Positions 19,484 through 29,752 of a stretch of DNA of 64,000 nucleotides are shown here, piece after piece. Position numbers and translations under genes: made by a program. The stretch is from Thermodesulfobacteriota bacterium (lineage in GTDB: Bacteria > Desulfobacterota > Binatia > Bin18): contig OZ219926.1 in assembly GCA_964291405.2 (NCBI GenBank), forward strand, positions 3,264,001-3,328,000, read 5' to 3'. Position 1 is the first letter of the stretch. The number at the start of each line of letters is the position of its first letter. The notes under the pieces are model-generated. The model searched no databases, was not told where the DNA came from, and saw only the letters and a program-made list of their open reading frames with translations.

Positions 19484-21862
19484 TTAACGGAGACGCAGGC
19501 CTTTCGACTCCAGGAAAGCGATATACTCCTGCTGGAATGCTTCTATTTGCTCTCCAGTGAGAGTACTGTCCTGAGATTCAATCCAGTAACGAAAGGTATA
19601 GCTAGCTGTCCCTTCCGCTAGTCCCTTCCCCTGATAGAGGGCCATAAACTCTCTCTTTTTCAGCAGGTCGTGAGAAAACTCGTCAAGCGTGCGGACCAAC
19701 TCGGTAAAACCCGATTGGGCACTCGCCACGATAGAGAAGTCAAACCACGAGCCAGGATAGCGAGAGGCCGGGGCATAGCTGGTGGCCGGAAAAATTGGCC
19801 CCTCCAGCCTGTCGAAATCGAGTTCGAACCAGACCACCTGAGCGGCGGGGGCAATTTTCGCCAAGAGGGGCTCGGACAAAAAGCCAAGCTGGCCGACCAC
19901 CGCATCTTGGAAGGTGATGTCAACATACCCGCCGGGCGTGTGCCATGGCGCAGTCGTTGTCGTGGCCGGTGCAAACGCCAGTGCTCCCAGGCTGAGCTGT
20001 TCGGCGAGCGCCTCAAGAGCGCCTTTGATCTGGCGAAAATGCGCCTCCAAACTCTCCAGGCGTTCGTGTTGACAGCTTGCCCCAGCCAACACATTCTTCT
20101 CTATACGGTCCTGTTCGCCGGCAGGCAAATAGATCCGCCCCAGCTCAAAGATGCGGAAATGATCCCGCAGGGCGGTATTTTTTTTCACAATGGCAAAAAT
20201 ATTGGGCAGCAGCGTGGTCTGGAGCCGGACATTATGCTCTGCGCTGGGATTGGCCATCTCCAGCGTCGCTTCAGGCTCGTAGCCGAGTGTCTTGAGCCAG
20301 ATTTCATCAAACCAGCTATAATTGTGGACCTCCGAGAATCCGTGCGCCTGCGCGAGAATCCGCCGCGCTTTATGCTGGGTCCGCAGACGATCATTAAAGG
20401 TCACTCGCTCGACCGAGAAGTGTGGCATCTTTGGTTCGAGGTTGTCATAGCCCTGAATGCGGGTGACTTCTTCCAGAATATCAACGGGTAGAGAGATGTC
20501 TTTCTCGCTCCGAAACGTAGGGATGCCAACGGAGAGGATGTTGCTCGTCATACTGGCTTCAAAACCGAGTGAGGCCAGTATGGACACAATCCTGTCCTGG
20601 GCAATCGGGTTGCCTATTCGTCGATCAAAGAAGTCGGTCGGGATATCGAGATACCGGGTCTGGTCTTTCAACGTTCCCTGAGCGGTGAACCGGGAGCGTA
20701 CCTGAGGCTGGAGGCCGGATTCGAGTAGCAGGTGGAGAAAACGCTCGGTTGCAGTTTTCGTATTCGCGGGTGGCTGCTGCTTCTCAAAACGTTGACTGGC
20801 ATCGGTATGGATATCGAGCCGGGTGGCGGTCCGGCGAATGCGCGCATCCTTAAAATTTGCACTCTCAAGCAGCAGGCTGGTGGTCGTCTCGCTGACCTCA
20901 CTATTCAGTCCACCCATAATGCCGGCGAGAGCAATTGGCTCGCGTTCATTCCAGATCATCAGGTCTTCCGGGATCATGTGCCGCTCTTGACCGTCAAGCG
21001 TCGTAAACCGGTCCGTTGTTCCAAACGGGGCGACGCGGACGGCCTGGAGGCGGCTCGCGTCGAAGGCGTGCATGGGCTGGCCGAGTTCAAGCATGATATA
21101 ATTGGTGAGATCGACCAGAATATTGAACGTGCGCTGTCCCAGGGCGTGCAGCCGGTATTGCAGCGTCAGGGGTGAGGGCAGAGCGGCCACCCCGGTCATC
21201 TCGATACAGCAATAACAGGGACAATTTTCGGGATCGTCAAGGGTCAGTGGATAGGCGGGTAAGTCCTTGTACTGTGCCATATCGACCAGCCCGAGCGGAC
21301 GTAACGGCCGCTCAAAAATGGCAGCAACTTCACGCGCGATCCCGTAGTGACCCCACAGGTCAGGACGGTGGGTCAAGCTCTTATTGTCGATTTCAAGCAG
21401 GGTGTCAGAAGATGGCACAAAGTCGGCCAGAGCAGCCCCACTCTCAAGAGACGCGGGAAGGTCAAGGATACCGAAATGTCCGCCGCCCATGCCCAACTCC
21501 TCGGATGAGCACAAAATTCCCTGACTCATTTTCCCACCAACCTGCTTTTCTGTAATCGTCTGCCCCCCGGCAATGGTTACCCCAGCGGAGGCAAAAGCTG
21601 ATTTCATCCCCTCCCGCACATTGGGCGCCCCACAGACCGTCGTAAACTGTTCCGTTCCACACTCAACGGAAACGAAGGTGTACTGATCGCCCAGCGGCTC
21701 GACCGATATGACCTGACCGATACGGACCCCATCGAGGGATCGAACCAGGGTTTCAATCCCTTCTACCTCAGCCGTCGCCATAGTGAGCCGGTGTGCAATC
21801 GTCTGTGGTGAGAGGTCTGAGAGGTCTACATACTGGGCGATCCAGTCGAGGGAGATATGCAT
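19484..21862 (-). CDS. pheT: Phenylalanyl-tRNA synthetase beta subunit (divergent type)
   Basis: VCGAPNV, SQGILCS..ELG, EIDNKSLTHRPDLWGHYGIARE, GQPMHAFD, LAGIMGG, DILEEVTRIQGY, C-terminal FDX-ACB domain. Confidence 0.95.
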   Translation of the reverse strand: MHISLDWIAQYVDLSDLSPQTIAHRLTMATAEVEGIETLVRSLDGVRIGQVISVEPLGDQYTFVSVECGTEQFTTVCGAPNVREGMKSAFASAGVTIAGGQTITEKQVGGKMSQGILCSSEELGMGGGHFGILDLPASLESGAALADFVPSSDTLLEIDNKSLTHRPDLWGHYGIAREVAAIFERPLRPLGLVDMAQYKDLPAYPLTLDDPENCPCYCCIEMTGVAALPSPLTLQYRLHALGQRTFNILVDLTNYIMLELGQPMHAFDASRLQAVRVAPFGTTDRFTTLDGQERHMIPEDLMIWNEREPIALAGIMGGLNSEVSETTTSLLLESANFKDARIRRTATRLDIHTDASQRFEKQQPPANTKTATERFLHLLLESGLQPQVRSRFTAQGTLKDQTRYLDIPTDFFDRRIGNPIAQDRIVSILASLGFEASMTSNILSVGIPTFRSEKDISLPVDILEEVTRIQGYDNLEPKMPHFSVERVTFNDRLRTQHKARRILAQAHGFSEVHNYSWFDEIWLKTLGYEPEATLEMANPSAEHNVRLQTTLLPNIFAIVKKNTALRDHFRIFELGRIYLPAGEQDRIEKNVLAGASCQHERLESLEAHFRQIKGALEALAEQLSLGALAFAPATTTTAPWHTPGGYVDITFQDAVVGQLGFLSEPLLAKIAPAAQVVWFELDFDRLEGPIFPATSYAPASRYPGSWFDFSIVASAQSGFTELVRTLDEFSHDLLKKREFMALYQGKGLAEGTASYTFRYWIESQDSTLTGEQIEAFQQEYIAFLESKGLRLR

Positions 21863-21875
21863 GGCTGACTCCTGC

Positions 21876-22889
21876 TCAGACGGCTGCCGGGAATTGCTCG
21901 CAGAAGCGAAGATCGCCCGAGTTCAGAAGCCGAATATCTGGAATATTATATTTCATCATAGCTAGGCGGGTGAGACCGAGGCCAAAGGCAAACCCGCTAT
22001 AGCGGTCCGGGTCAACCTGACCAAATTCAAGGACCCGAGGATGCACGAGGCCGCATGGCAGCAATTCAATCCAACCGGATTTTTTGCAGGTTGAACAGCC
22101 TTCACCTGTACAGATCAGACATTGGATGTCGAGCTCAAAGCCGGGTTCGACAAAAGGGAAATAGCCTGGACGTAAGCGTACTGTGACCTCTCGGTGAAAG
22201 ACCGCGGTCAGCACGGTGCGCATAACCGCAATCAGATTCGCGACGGAAATTTCTCGGTCTACCATTAAGCCTTCGAGTTGGTAGAAGGTATTCTCGTGGC
22301 TTGGATCAATGGCTTCATTACGAAAACAACGGCCCGGAAATATGGCCCGAACGGGTGCGCTATAGTGCTCTAAGGCCCGCACCTGATTGGCTGAAGTATG
22401 CGTCCGGAGGAGCAAGCCATTCTTGAGCCAGTACGTATCCTGCATGTCTCGTGCAGGGTGGTCGCGAGGGATGTTCAAGCTCTCAAAATTATAAAAATCC
22501 GTCTCCACGTGGTAACCGTCAAGGATCATAAATCCCAGAGATTGAAAGATTTCTTCGAGCTCCATTTGGACAAGAGAAATCGGGTGGAGGTGGCCGAGGT
22601 GGTTGTTGAGGCCCGGAAGCGTCATATCGATGCTCGGCGGAGCGAGGGCCGTACTGGTCTGGTGCGCCTGTGCGGCTGCGATCTGCTGCTCGGCAAAGCG
22701 TTTCAGTTCATTGAACTGTTGTCCAAAGCGTTTCCTTTCATCTACTGACATTGCTGAGAAATCAGCGTTTTTTCGCAGTAGGGTGATCGCTCCTTTCCGT
22801 CCGAGATAGCGAACGCGAACAGCTTCGATGTCTTGGCCTGTTGTCGCAGAGGTTAGGTCTTCACTCAACTGAGTACGGATCTCCTGCAA
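21876..22889 (-). CDS. pheS: Phenylalanyl-tRNA synthetase alpha subunit (divergent type)
   Basis: YLGRKG, NFESLNIPRDHPARDMQDT, LLRTHTS, YFPFVEP, GFAFGLG; TTG start 22889 after GGAGG. Confidence 0.95.
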   Translation of the reverse strand: MQEIRTQLSEDLTSATTGQDIEAVRVRYLGRKGAITLLRKNADFSAMSVDERKRFGQQFNELKRFAEQQIAAAQAHQTSTALAPPSIDMTLPGLNNHLGHLHPISLVQMELEEIFQSLGFMILDGYHVETDFYNFESLNIPRDHPARDMQDTYWLKNGLLLRTHTSANQVRALEHYSAPVRAIFPGRCFRNEAIDPSHENTFYQLEGLMVDREISVANLIAVMRTVLTAVFHREVTVRLRPGYFPFVEPGFELDIQCLICTGEGCSTCKKSGWIELLPCGLVHPRVLEFGQVDPDRYSGFAFGLGLTRLAMMKYNIPDIRLLNSGDLRFCEQFPAAV

Positions 22890-22987
22890 GGGGTATCCTC
22901 CTTCACTCTCTTTGTTCTTTATCCTAGCGTTGGGGCTGCTTTGCTGAAAGCCCTCCTGGTAAGCAAGGTACCAAGGAGCGTTCAAAC

Positions 22988-23016
22988 TTGACTTCAAGAC
23001 GTAGCTCCACTATGTT
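22988..23016 (+). promoter_or_regulatory. Probable sigma70 promoter upstream of ihfA
   Basis: TTGACT-17 bp-TATGTT in the AT-rich divergent pheS/ihfA spacer. Confidence 0.5.
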
Positions 23017-23183
23017 CGCAGCGTTGTTATTTATAATATTGTCGTGGTATTACACAATCTTGCGCTTCTTATCCGCTACCTGGGGAGCAGCGCCTGCGTA
23101 CGGTGAAATGGGCTCCTGCCCGTGTGATGTGAGTTGAAAGCTTCCTTGCCTCCTACTGCTGGAGGATGATGGTGAGGCCCTGT

Positions 23184-23471
23184 ATGACAAAAGCAGACAT
23201 TGTTGAGCATATTTACGAGAAGGTCGGCTTTTCGAAAAAAGAAGCGACCGATGTGGTTGAGTCGATCTTCGAAATCATTAAAGGCCATCTCGAAAAAGGA
23301 GAAAAGGTCAAAATCTCGAGCTTTGGGAATTTCGTCATTAACGAGAAACATCCGCGTAAAGGACGGAATCCACAGACCGGGGAAGAAATTATTATATCTG
23401 GCCGTCGTGTGTTGTCGTTTAAACCGAGTCCTGTCTTGAAAAAGGCCATTAACCCACTCCTCCAAGACTGA
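23184..23471 (+). CDS. ihfA: Integration host factor alpha
   Basis: [41 protein letters not shown]. Confidence 0.95.
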   Translation: MTKADIVEHIYEKVGFSKKEATDVVESIFEIIKGHLEKGEKVKISSFGNFVINEKHPRKGRNPQTGEEIIISGRRVLSFKPSPVLKKAINPLLQD

Positions 23472-23478
23472 GCTTGTC

Positions 23479-23874
23479 GTGGATCAGCTTGAGCTCTCGA
23501 AGAAGCTCTATTTCCGCATTGGCGAAGTCGCCAAGATTGTTGGCGTGAAGCCCTATGTGTTGCGGTATTGGGAGACCGAGTTTCCCATTCTCAAGCCTGG
23601 GAAAACCCCCTCACGCCATCGGCTATACCGCCGGCGTGATGTCGAAACCCTCCTTGATATCAAGCGGCTCTTGTATGAAGAGGGATTCACGATTGCAGGG
23701 GCGAAAAAACGGTTAAAGGACGGTCAGCGATTATCGGATAAGGCTCCTCCTTCTCAGGCCGACCCAGAAGTGTCTCTTCCTCTTCGACCGGATCAACAGC
23801 AACGAAAAATTCTGACAGCCATCCATAGGGACATTCTCTCTCTCCACAAGTTCTTGAGTGATGGAACTCGCTAG
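23479..23874 (+). CDS. MerR-family regulator (ihfA-associated)
   Basis: [34 protein letters not shown]. Confidence 0.92.
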   Translation: MDQLELSKKLYFRIGEVAKIVGVKPYVLRYWETEFPILKPGKTPSRHRLYRRRDVETLLDIKRLLYEEGFTIAGAKKRLKDGQRLSDKAPPSQADPEVSLPLRPDQQQRKILTAIHRDILSLHKFLSDGTR

Positions 23875-23949
23875 GTACAAGATGTAGTGGACTGAAGTTG
23901 ACTTTCTCTTCTCCTGAGACAAATATATTGATTAATAAAAAATCCTTTA

Positions 23950-23979
23950 TTGACAATACTTTATATAGGATGTTAGAAT
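23950..23979 (+). promoter_or_regulatory. Sigma70 promoter with extended -10 upstream of the carboxypeptidase
   Basis: TTGACA 23950, 18-bp spacer containing TG, TAGAAT 23974; AT-rich upstream tract. Confidence 0.65.
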
Positions 23980-24064
23980 GTGTTACTAGAAATTACTCAT
24001 GGCCTCCAAAGGGCCATATCCCTACGTCCTACTCGGGCTATGCGCAGGGGTTGAGGAGGGGTGG

Positions 24065-25240
24065 ATGCAATCATACACGTGGGCGCGAGGCCTTATTGTC
24101 TGCCTTATTGCTGGTAGTTTCCTGAGCGGATCTCCGCAAAAAGCATTCGCCTTCAGCGGGAGTGAATACTTTCCTCAACCGCCGAAGCTGCCTGCTTTCA
24201 AATATTTTGAAGCAGCGCTCTTACAAGATGCTCAGACCGGTCAAGTGCTCTTTTCCCACAATAGCCAAAAAATATGGCCCCAAGCCTCTCTCACAAAGAT
24301 GATGTTAGGGCTTATTGTCTTTGAAGATATTGAAAGAGGACGGATCAGCCTAGAGACCCAGGTCACTATTAGCCGGAGGGCGAGTCGAACAAAGGGAAGA
24401 ACGATCTCTCTGCGGGCTGGTCAAGTCTTTCGACTGGCAGAGCTGCTCCGAGCCGTCCTTGTCACCTCTGCCAATGATGCGGCTGTTGCGATTGCTGAGC
24501 ACGTCTGCGGCTCTGTCAGCCAATGTGTACAGCGGATGAACGCACGCGCTCTGCAGTTAGGGATGGAGCAGACGCGGTACCGCACGGTCAATGGCATGCC
24601 GACCAGAACCGACAGGGCGCCGGATAAGGCGTCGGCTGACGATATCGCCCTGCTCACTCGGGCACTTTTACGTCATCATCATGTTTTAGCGTGGACTTCG
24701 CAGCCCTCTATGTCATTTGGCCATCACCGCAAGCGTCTGCCGAATACGAATAGACTGGTTGGACGCATCCATGGGGTTGATGGGCTCAAGACCGGCTTTA
24801 CGAACAAAGCACGCTTTAATCTTGTCACTACAGCCCAACGGGACTCGCTGCGTCTGATTGCTGTCGTCTTTGGCGGAAAAACCAGCAGGATGCGCTTCCG
24901 TGTTGCAAAGGATTTGCTTGAATGGGGGTTTGCTAATTTTACGCGACTTCCACTAATCGAAGGTGGGTCTCTTTTGTGGGTTGAGGTTCGGGTTGAGAAT
25001 GGCAACCTGTCCGCCTTTCAGCCCATTGCCGCAGCAACAGCGGCGCCGTTGGTCCCAAAAGGCGATGTTGGCGCCGTTTCCATTGCTCTCCAACTGCCCA
25101 CCCACGTGGCAGCCCCAGTTCTTCGTAACCAAGTCCTTGGCGAGATCATTGTCCGCCGTGGGAAACAGACTTTGGCAACCATCCCGGCGGTCAGTCCGGG
25201 TGAGATACCCCAGGCTCGCTGGGCACATGCCCGTCAATGA
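24065..25240 (+). CDS. D-alanyl-D-alanine carboxypeptidase (peptidase S11, PBP5-like)
   Basis: Signal peptide; SxxK (ASLTK), SxN (SAND), KTG (LKTGFT); PBP5 C-terminal domain. Confidence 0.92.
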   Translation: MQSYTWARGLIVCLIAGSFLSGSPQKAFAFSGSEYFPQPPKLPAFKYFEAALLQDAQTGQVLFSHNSQKIWPQASLTKMMLGLIVFEDIERGRISLETQVTISRRASRTKGRTISLRAGQVFRLAELLRAVLVTSANDAAVAIAEHVCGSVSQCVQRMNARALQLGMEQTRYRTVNGMPTRTDRAPDKASADDIALLTRALLRHHHVLAWTSQPSMSFGHHRKRLPNTNRLVGRIHGVDGLKTGFTNKARFNLVTTAQRDSLRLIAVVFGGKTSRMRFRVAKDLLEWGFANFTRLPLIEGGSLLWVEVRVENGNLSAFQPIAAATAAPLVPKGDVGAVSIALQLPTHVAAPVLRNQVLGEIIVRRGKQTLATIPAVSPGEIPQARWAHARQ

Positions 25241-25343
25241 CGGTCTAGGCCCGTCCGCGCTTGCATTTCGAGGAAAGATGCTTAAGTTGCCTTTGCGCGA
25301 CAATACATATTGGCCACGAGGTGCATGAAAGGAGATCAGTGGT

Positions 25344-26975
25344 ATGGCGAGTAAGGTAGTCCATTTACATGAGGAGTCTCGGGACGGGATTCTCAAAGGT
25401 GTAAATATTATAGCGGATGCAACGCAGGTGACCCTCGGCCCGCGAGGACGCAATGTCCTCTTAGAGAAAAGCTTTGGCGCTCCGGTTGTCACGAAAGACG
25501 GTGTGACGGTTGTCAAGGAAATTGAACTTGAAGACAAATTCGAAAATATGGGTGCCAAGATGATCCGTGAGGCCGCAACGAAAACTTCGGACGCGGCCGG
25601 GGACGGGACAACCACGGCAACTATCTTGTCCCGGGCCATCCTCACCGAAGGGCTGCGGCTCCAAGTAGCCGGATTCGACCCGATGTCACTCAAGCGTGGC
25701 ATCGATGCCGCGGTCGAAAAAGTCGTCGAGGGCGTACAAGGACAGAGCCGTAAAGTCCGCAGCAGGGAGCAGGTCGCCCAGGTCGGAACGATTGCGGCCA
25801 ATGGCGACGCCCAAATAGGCGGCAAGCTGGCCGAAGCCATGGAGCGAGTCGGCCAGGAAGGCGTGATTACCATTGAAGAGGGCAAGGGATTGGAAACCGT
25901 GCTGGACGTTGTGGAGGGGATGCAGTTTGATCGCGGTTTTCTCTCTCCGTATTTTGTGACCGACCCAGAGCGGATGGTTGCCGAGATTGAGCAGCCCTAT
26001 ATTCTCCTGCATGAGAAAAAAATATCGAATATGCAGGAACTCGTCCCTCTGCTGGAGAGAATCGCGCAGAGCGGCAGACCGTTGCTGATTATTGCTGAAG
26101 ACGTTGACGGGGAAGCCTTGGCGGCCCTGGTCGTGAACAAGATCCGAGGAACCCTGAACTGTACTGCGGTAAAGGCCCCAGGATTCGGTGATCGGCGCAA
26201 AGCCATGCTGGAGGATATAGCCATTCTGACGGGCGGACGGGTGGTTGCCGAAGAACTCGGCATGAAGCTCGAACATATTGATCTGGCAGACCTGGGGAGC
26301 TGCCAGCGCGTGATTATGGATAAGGACAACACCACCATTGTGGATGGGGCCGGCAAGAAGAAAGATATCGCCGGGCGGGCGGATCAAATTCGTGCCCAGA
26401 TTGTAGAAACCACCTCAGACTACGATCGGGAAAAACTCCAGGAACGCTTGGCCAAGCTGGCCGGTGGGGTGGCGGTGATTAAGGTCGGAGCCGCCACTGA
26501 AGTCGAGATGAAAGAACGTAAGGCCCGGGTGGACGACGCCCTGCACGCCACCAAGTCGGCGGCGGAAGAAGGGATCGTTCCCGGCGGCGGTGTTGCGCTG
26601 ATTCGGGCGCAATCCAGGCTGGATGAACTGGCGTTCAACGATGATCGGGACGCGGGGGTGCGTATCGTACGCAGAGCGATTGAAGAGCCGATTCGACAAA
26701 TCGTGCACAATGCCGGCCTGGATGCTCCAGTAGTGGTCAATCAGATCAAGAGGCAGAGCGGCGATGCGGGCTTTAACGCAGCATCGGGCGAGTATGAGAA
26801 TTTGTTCAAAGCCGGTGTAATTGATTCCACAAAGGTTGTCCGGGTCGCCCTCCAAAATGCAGCGAGCGTGTCTGGCTTGATGTTGACCACGGAAGCGGCG
26901 GTGGCCGAGAAGCCCGAAAAGCCCCAAGCCGGACCGGATGGGCATAGCCACGACGACGATTTTGATGACTACTAA
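25344..26975 (+). CDS. groEL: Chaperonin GroEL without adjacent groES
   Basis: [51 protein letters not shown]. Confidence 0.97.
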   Translation: MASKVVHLHEESRDGILKGVNIIADATQVTLGPRGRNVLLEKSFGAPVVTKDGVTVVKEIELEDKFENMGAKMIREAATKTSDAAGDGTTTATILSRAILTEGLRLQVAGFDPMSLKRGIDAAVEKVVEGVQGQSRKVRSREQVAQVGTIAANGDAQIGGKLAEAMERVGQEGVITIEEGKGLETVLDVVEGMQFDRGFLSPYFVTDPERMVAEIEQPYILLHEKKISNMQELVPLLERIAQSGRPLLIIAEDVDGEALAALVVNKIRGTLNCTAVKAPGFGDRRKAMLEDIAILTGGRVVAEELGMKLEHIDLADLGSCQRVIMDKDNTTIVDGAGKKKDIAGRADQIRAQIVETTSDYDREKLQERLAKLAGGVAVIKVGAATEVEMKERKARVDDALHATKSAAEEGIVPGGGVALIRAQSRLDELAFNDDRDAGVRIVRRAIEEPIRQIVHNAGLDAPVVVNQIKRQSGDAGFNAASGEYENLFKAGVIDSTKVVRVALQNAASVSGLMLTTEAAVAEKPEKPQAGPDGHSHDDDFDDY

Positions 26976-27030
26976 GCTGGAACGCTGCCGGGAGCGGTAT
27001 TCTCTCGCCAGCTGAAAATGTCGATGCCAC

Positions 27031-27052
27031 GGGGGCCGTACGGCCCCCTTTT
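27031..27052 (+). terminator. Intrinsic terminator after groEL
   Basis: GGGGGCCGTACGGCCCCC palindrome followed by TTTT. Confidence 0.8.
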
Positions 27053-27125
27053 CTATGTCTTTTTGACGCTGTGCGGCCCTCGGGCGGGATAGCATTCCCG
27101 ACCGGAATCCATTACGAACGAGCGT

Positions 27126-28340
27126 ATGATTGACTTCTCCCCGCCACCGCACGTTGAGCGGACGGTACGCGATATTCACCACTTTATTGAAAACGATATT
27201 GCTCCCATCGAGCACAGTCTGGCCGACCACCTCACCAACGAGCACCTCTATCTCCGTGAAGATGGCCGGCTGGCTCCCGAAGTGCTGACCGCCCAGCAGA
27301 CGATTCGCAAACGGTCCGCGGAGCAGGGACTATACGCGCTGCATATGCCCAAAGAAGTCGGCGGCGGCGGGTTTAGTCTGACTGACATGTTTTTTGTGCA
27401 TGAAGCCGTCTATCAGCACGGCATTGGGGTCGCGCAGTGGATGTTGTCCTGGACAGAAGGACCCAATCATATGCTGATGTTTCTGACTGAGGAGCAGCAG
27501 CAGAAATACTTATTGCCCCTGGTCCGAGGCGAAACAACCGGCGCCTACGCCATCACCGAATACCGCGGTGGCTCTGACGTGCTCGGCATGCAGACCCGGG
27601 CCGAAAAACATGGAGACACTTGGGTGGTGAATGGCACCAAGGCATATATTACCAATGCGCAGTACGCCGACCTGATCTTTGTCTGTGCGCTGCACGACCC
27701 GAGCAAAGGGGGAGCCGGTGCAACGGCCTTTATCGTTGAACGCGACAACCCTGGGCTGACCAGCGGCCGGACGTATCGGACCATTATGGATGACGGCATG
27801 ACCGGTGAACTCCAGTTCGAGAACTGCCGGCTCTCAGCGGACCAGATGTGGGGGGAAGAAGGTCAGGGCTTTTACCTCAGCATGGGAATGATCAACTGGA
27901 TTCGCGTCCGGCGTGGGGGCATGTGTACCGGACTGGGACAATATCTGCTCGACCGCTGTAGCGACTATATCAAGAACCGGCGCGCGTTCGGTGGACCGCT
28001 GAGTCGGTTTCAAGCTTTACAGTGGATGGTGGTCGATTCCTATCTGGACGTCCAAGCCATGCGGAGCCTGTCGCTCCAAAGTCTGTGGCAGGCCGACCAA
28101 GGGAATTTGTGGGCACTCAAGGTCGACCCCCACCTCATCAAAACGGTGTGTGCGCTCAAAGTCTTCTGCGACGAAGCACTGTATCGTGTGGCCGATAGAG
28201 CCGTCCAACTACACGGGGCGCATGGACTGATGAAAGAGTCCGGAATCGAAAAAATATTCCGCATTGCGCGCAATCTGCGCATCCCCGGTGGCACGGATGA
28301 AATTCAGCGTGTAAACATTGCCAAGGCGTTAGGGTTGTAA
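27126..28340 (+). CDS. Acyl-CoA dehydrogenase-fold flavoprotein (atypical active site)
   Basis: AITE..GGSD, NGTKAYITNA, RRAFG.PL..FQ..Q, AVQLHGAHG, RIPGGTDEIQR. Confidence 0.88.
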   Translation: MIDFSPPPHVERTVRDIHHFIENDIAPIEHSLADHLTNEHLYLREDGRLAPEVLTAQQTIRKRSAEQGLYALHMPKEVGGGGFSLTDMFFVHEAVYQHGIGVAQWMLSWTEGPNHMLMFLTEEQQQKYLLPLVRGETTGAYAITEYRGGSDVLGMQTRAEKHGDTWVVNGTKAYITNAQYADLIFVCALHDPSKGGAGATAFIVERDNPGLTSGRTYRTIMDDGMTGELQFENCRLSADQMWGEEGQGFYLSMGMINWIRVRRGGMCTGLGQYLLDRCSDYIKNRRAFGGPLSRFQALQWMVVDSYLDVQAMRSLSLQSLWQADQGNLWALKVDPHLIKTVCALKVFCDEALYRVADRAVQLHGAHGLMKESGIEKIFRIARNLRIPGGTDEIQRVNIAKALGL

Positions 28341-28435
28341 CCGTCCTGCGCCATGTTCCCTCGCATCCCCTCGCATTCTGGCGTTGGCGTACGCTCTCTT
28401 GACCCAGTGTTGCCCGCCCCGGATACTGCGGTTCA

Positions 28436-29740
28436 ATGCGTGTCATTGACCCGGTGAAGTTTCCATCCGATATCGTGCCGGCCGACCAGTCGCAATTCTT
28501 TTACGGCTGGGTGATTGTCGGCTGTTCCTTCACGGTGTTGTCCGCCGCGTACGGGATTCAGTTTTCTTATGGGGTGTTCATGCCGGAAATTTCGGCGGAG
28601 ATGGGCTGGGGACGGACGAGTTTATCCCTCGCCTATTCGGTGTACGTGTTTGTGTATAGTGCCCTCGGGATTGTGGCTGGCGTATATACGGACCGCTGGG
28701 GTCCGCGTCTTGTGGTGGGAGTCGGTGGCGTCTTGTTGGGGAGCGGAGTCATGCTGCTGAGTCAGATTCATGCCCTGTGGCAACTCTACCTCTTTCTCGG
28801 CGGTATTGCCGCCCTCGGCATGAGTGCTGCCTTTGTGCCGTGTAACGCGACCGTGGTACGTTGGTTTATCCGGCGGCGCGGTCTCGCCCTCAGCATGAGC
28901 ACCAGTGGGTCCAGCTTTGGGAATTTCTTCATTCCGCCGCTAGCCGCACTCCTCATTACGACCTATGGCTGGCGGACCTCCTATCTGCTTCTTGGCCTGG
29001 GTGGGCTGGTGATTATTACGCTGTGCGCGCGCTTCATCGTCCGTGACCCCGAACGTTTGGGTCTCCGCCCGGACGGTATCCAGCCCGTTTTATTATCAGC
29101 AGAGGCGCTCTCCGGCCCGCGCGTCTCTCACAACCGGCGCGATGCATGGACCCTCGCGTCCGCTCGTCGGACGGTTTCCTTCTGGATGCTGGTTGCCGTT
29201 TTTACGATGACTTGGCTGGTTGTGTTCATGCCGCTAGTCCATATTGTGCCTTTTGCCATAGACCTGGGCGTATCGCAGGTGACCGCTGCCACGTTGATTA
29301 GCGTGATTGGCTTGGCCGGTTTCTCCGGTCGCCTGATTACCGGCCCGCTGTCCGACCGTTACGGCCGCCTGCTGACCTTAGGTACCTGTCTGACTTTGGA
29401 AGCCGTGGCGTTCTTTGGTCTAGCAGTCAGTTCCGACCTCTCCTTGCTCTACCTGTCGGCAGCGCTGTTCGGTCTTTCGTATGGTGGGACTACCGCCCTG
29501 TTCCCGGCAATCGTCGGCGACTTCTACGGACGGCTGGCGGTTGGGGCGATCGTTGGTTTCATTTTTTCTCTCGCTGGTTCCATGGCGGCCTTCGGTCCCA
29601 TGGCCGCAGGCTATCTATATGATGTATACGGGAGTTACGACCTCGCCTTTCTGATGAGTGCGTTCTTCAATCTTTTTAGCGTAATGTTGTTATGTTTTGT
29701 GAAGAAACCGGCGGCGCTCCCCCCTAGGCTAGCCGGATAA
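28436..29740 (+). CDS. MFS transporter (OFA/MCT-like)
   Basis: FFYGWVIV, DRWGPR, RWFIRRRGLALS, GPLSDRYGR. Confidence 0.9.
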   Translation: MRVIDPVKFPSDIVPADQSQFFYGWVIVGCSFTVLSAAYGIQFSYGVFMPEISAEMGWGRTSLSLAYSVYVFVYSALGIVAGVYTDRWGPRLVVGVGGVLLGSGVMLLSQIHALWQLYLFLGGIAALGMSAAFVPCNATVVRWFIRRRGLALSMSTSGSSFGNFFIPPLAALLITTYGWRTSYLLLGLGGLVIITLCARFIVRDPERLGLRPDGIQPVLLSAEALSGPRVSHNRRDAWTLASARRTVSFWMLVAVFTMTWLVVFMPLVHIVPFAIDLGVSQVTAATLISVIGLAGFSGRLITGPLSDRYGRLLTLGTCLTLEAVAFFGLAVSSDLSLLYLSAALFGLSYGGTTALFPAIVGDFYGRLAVGAIVGFIFSLAGSMAAFGPMAAGYLYDVYGSYDLAFLMSAFFNLFSVMLLCFVKKPAALPPRLAG

Positions 29741-29752
29741 TCAGGAGGTATT

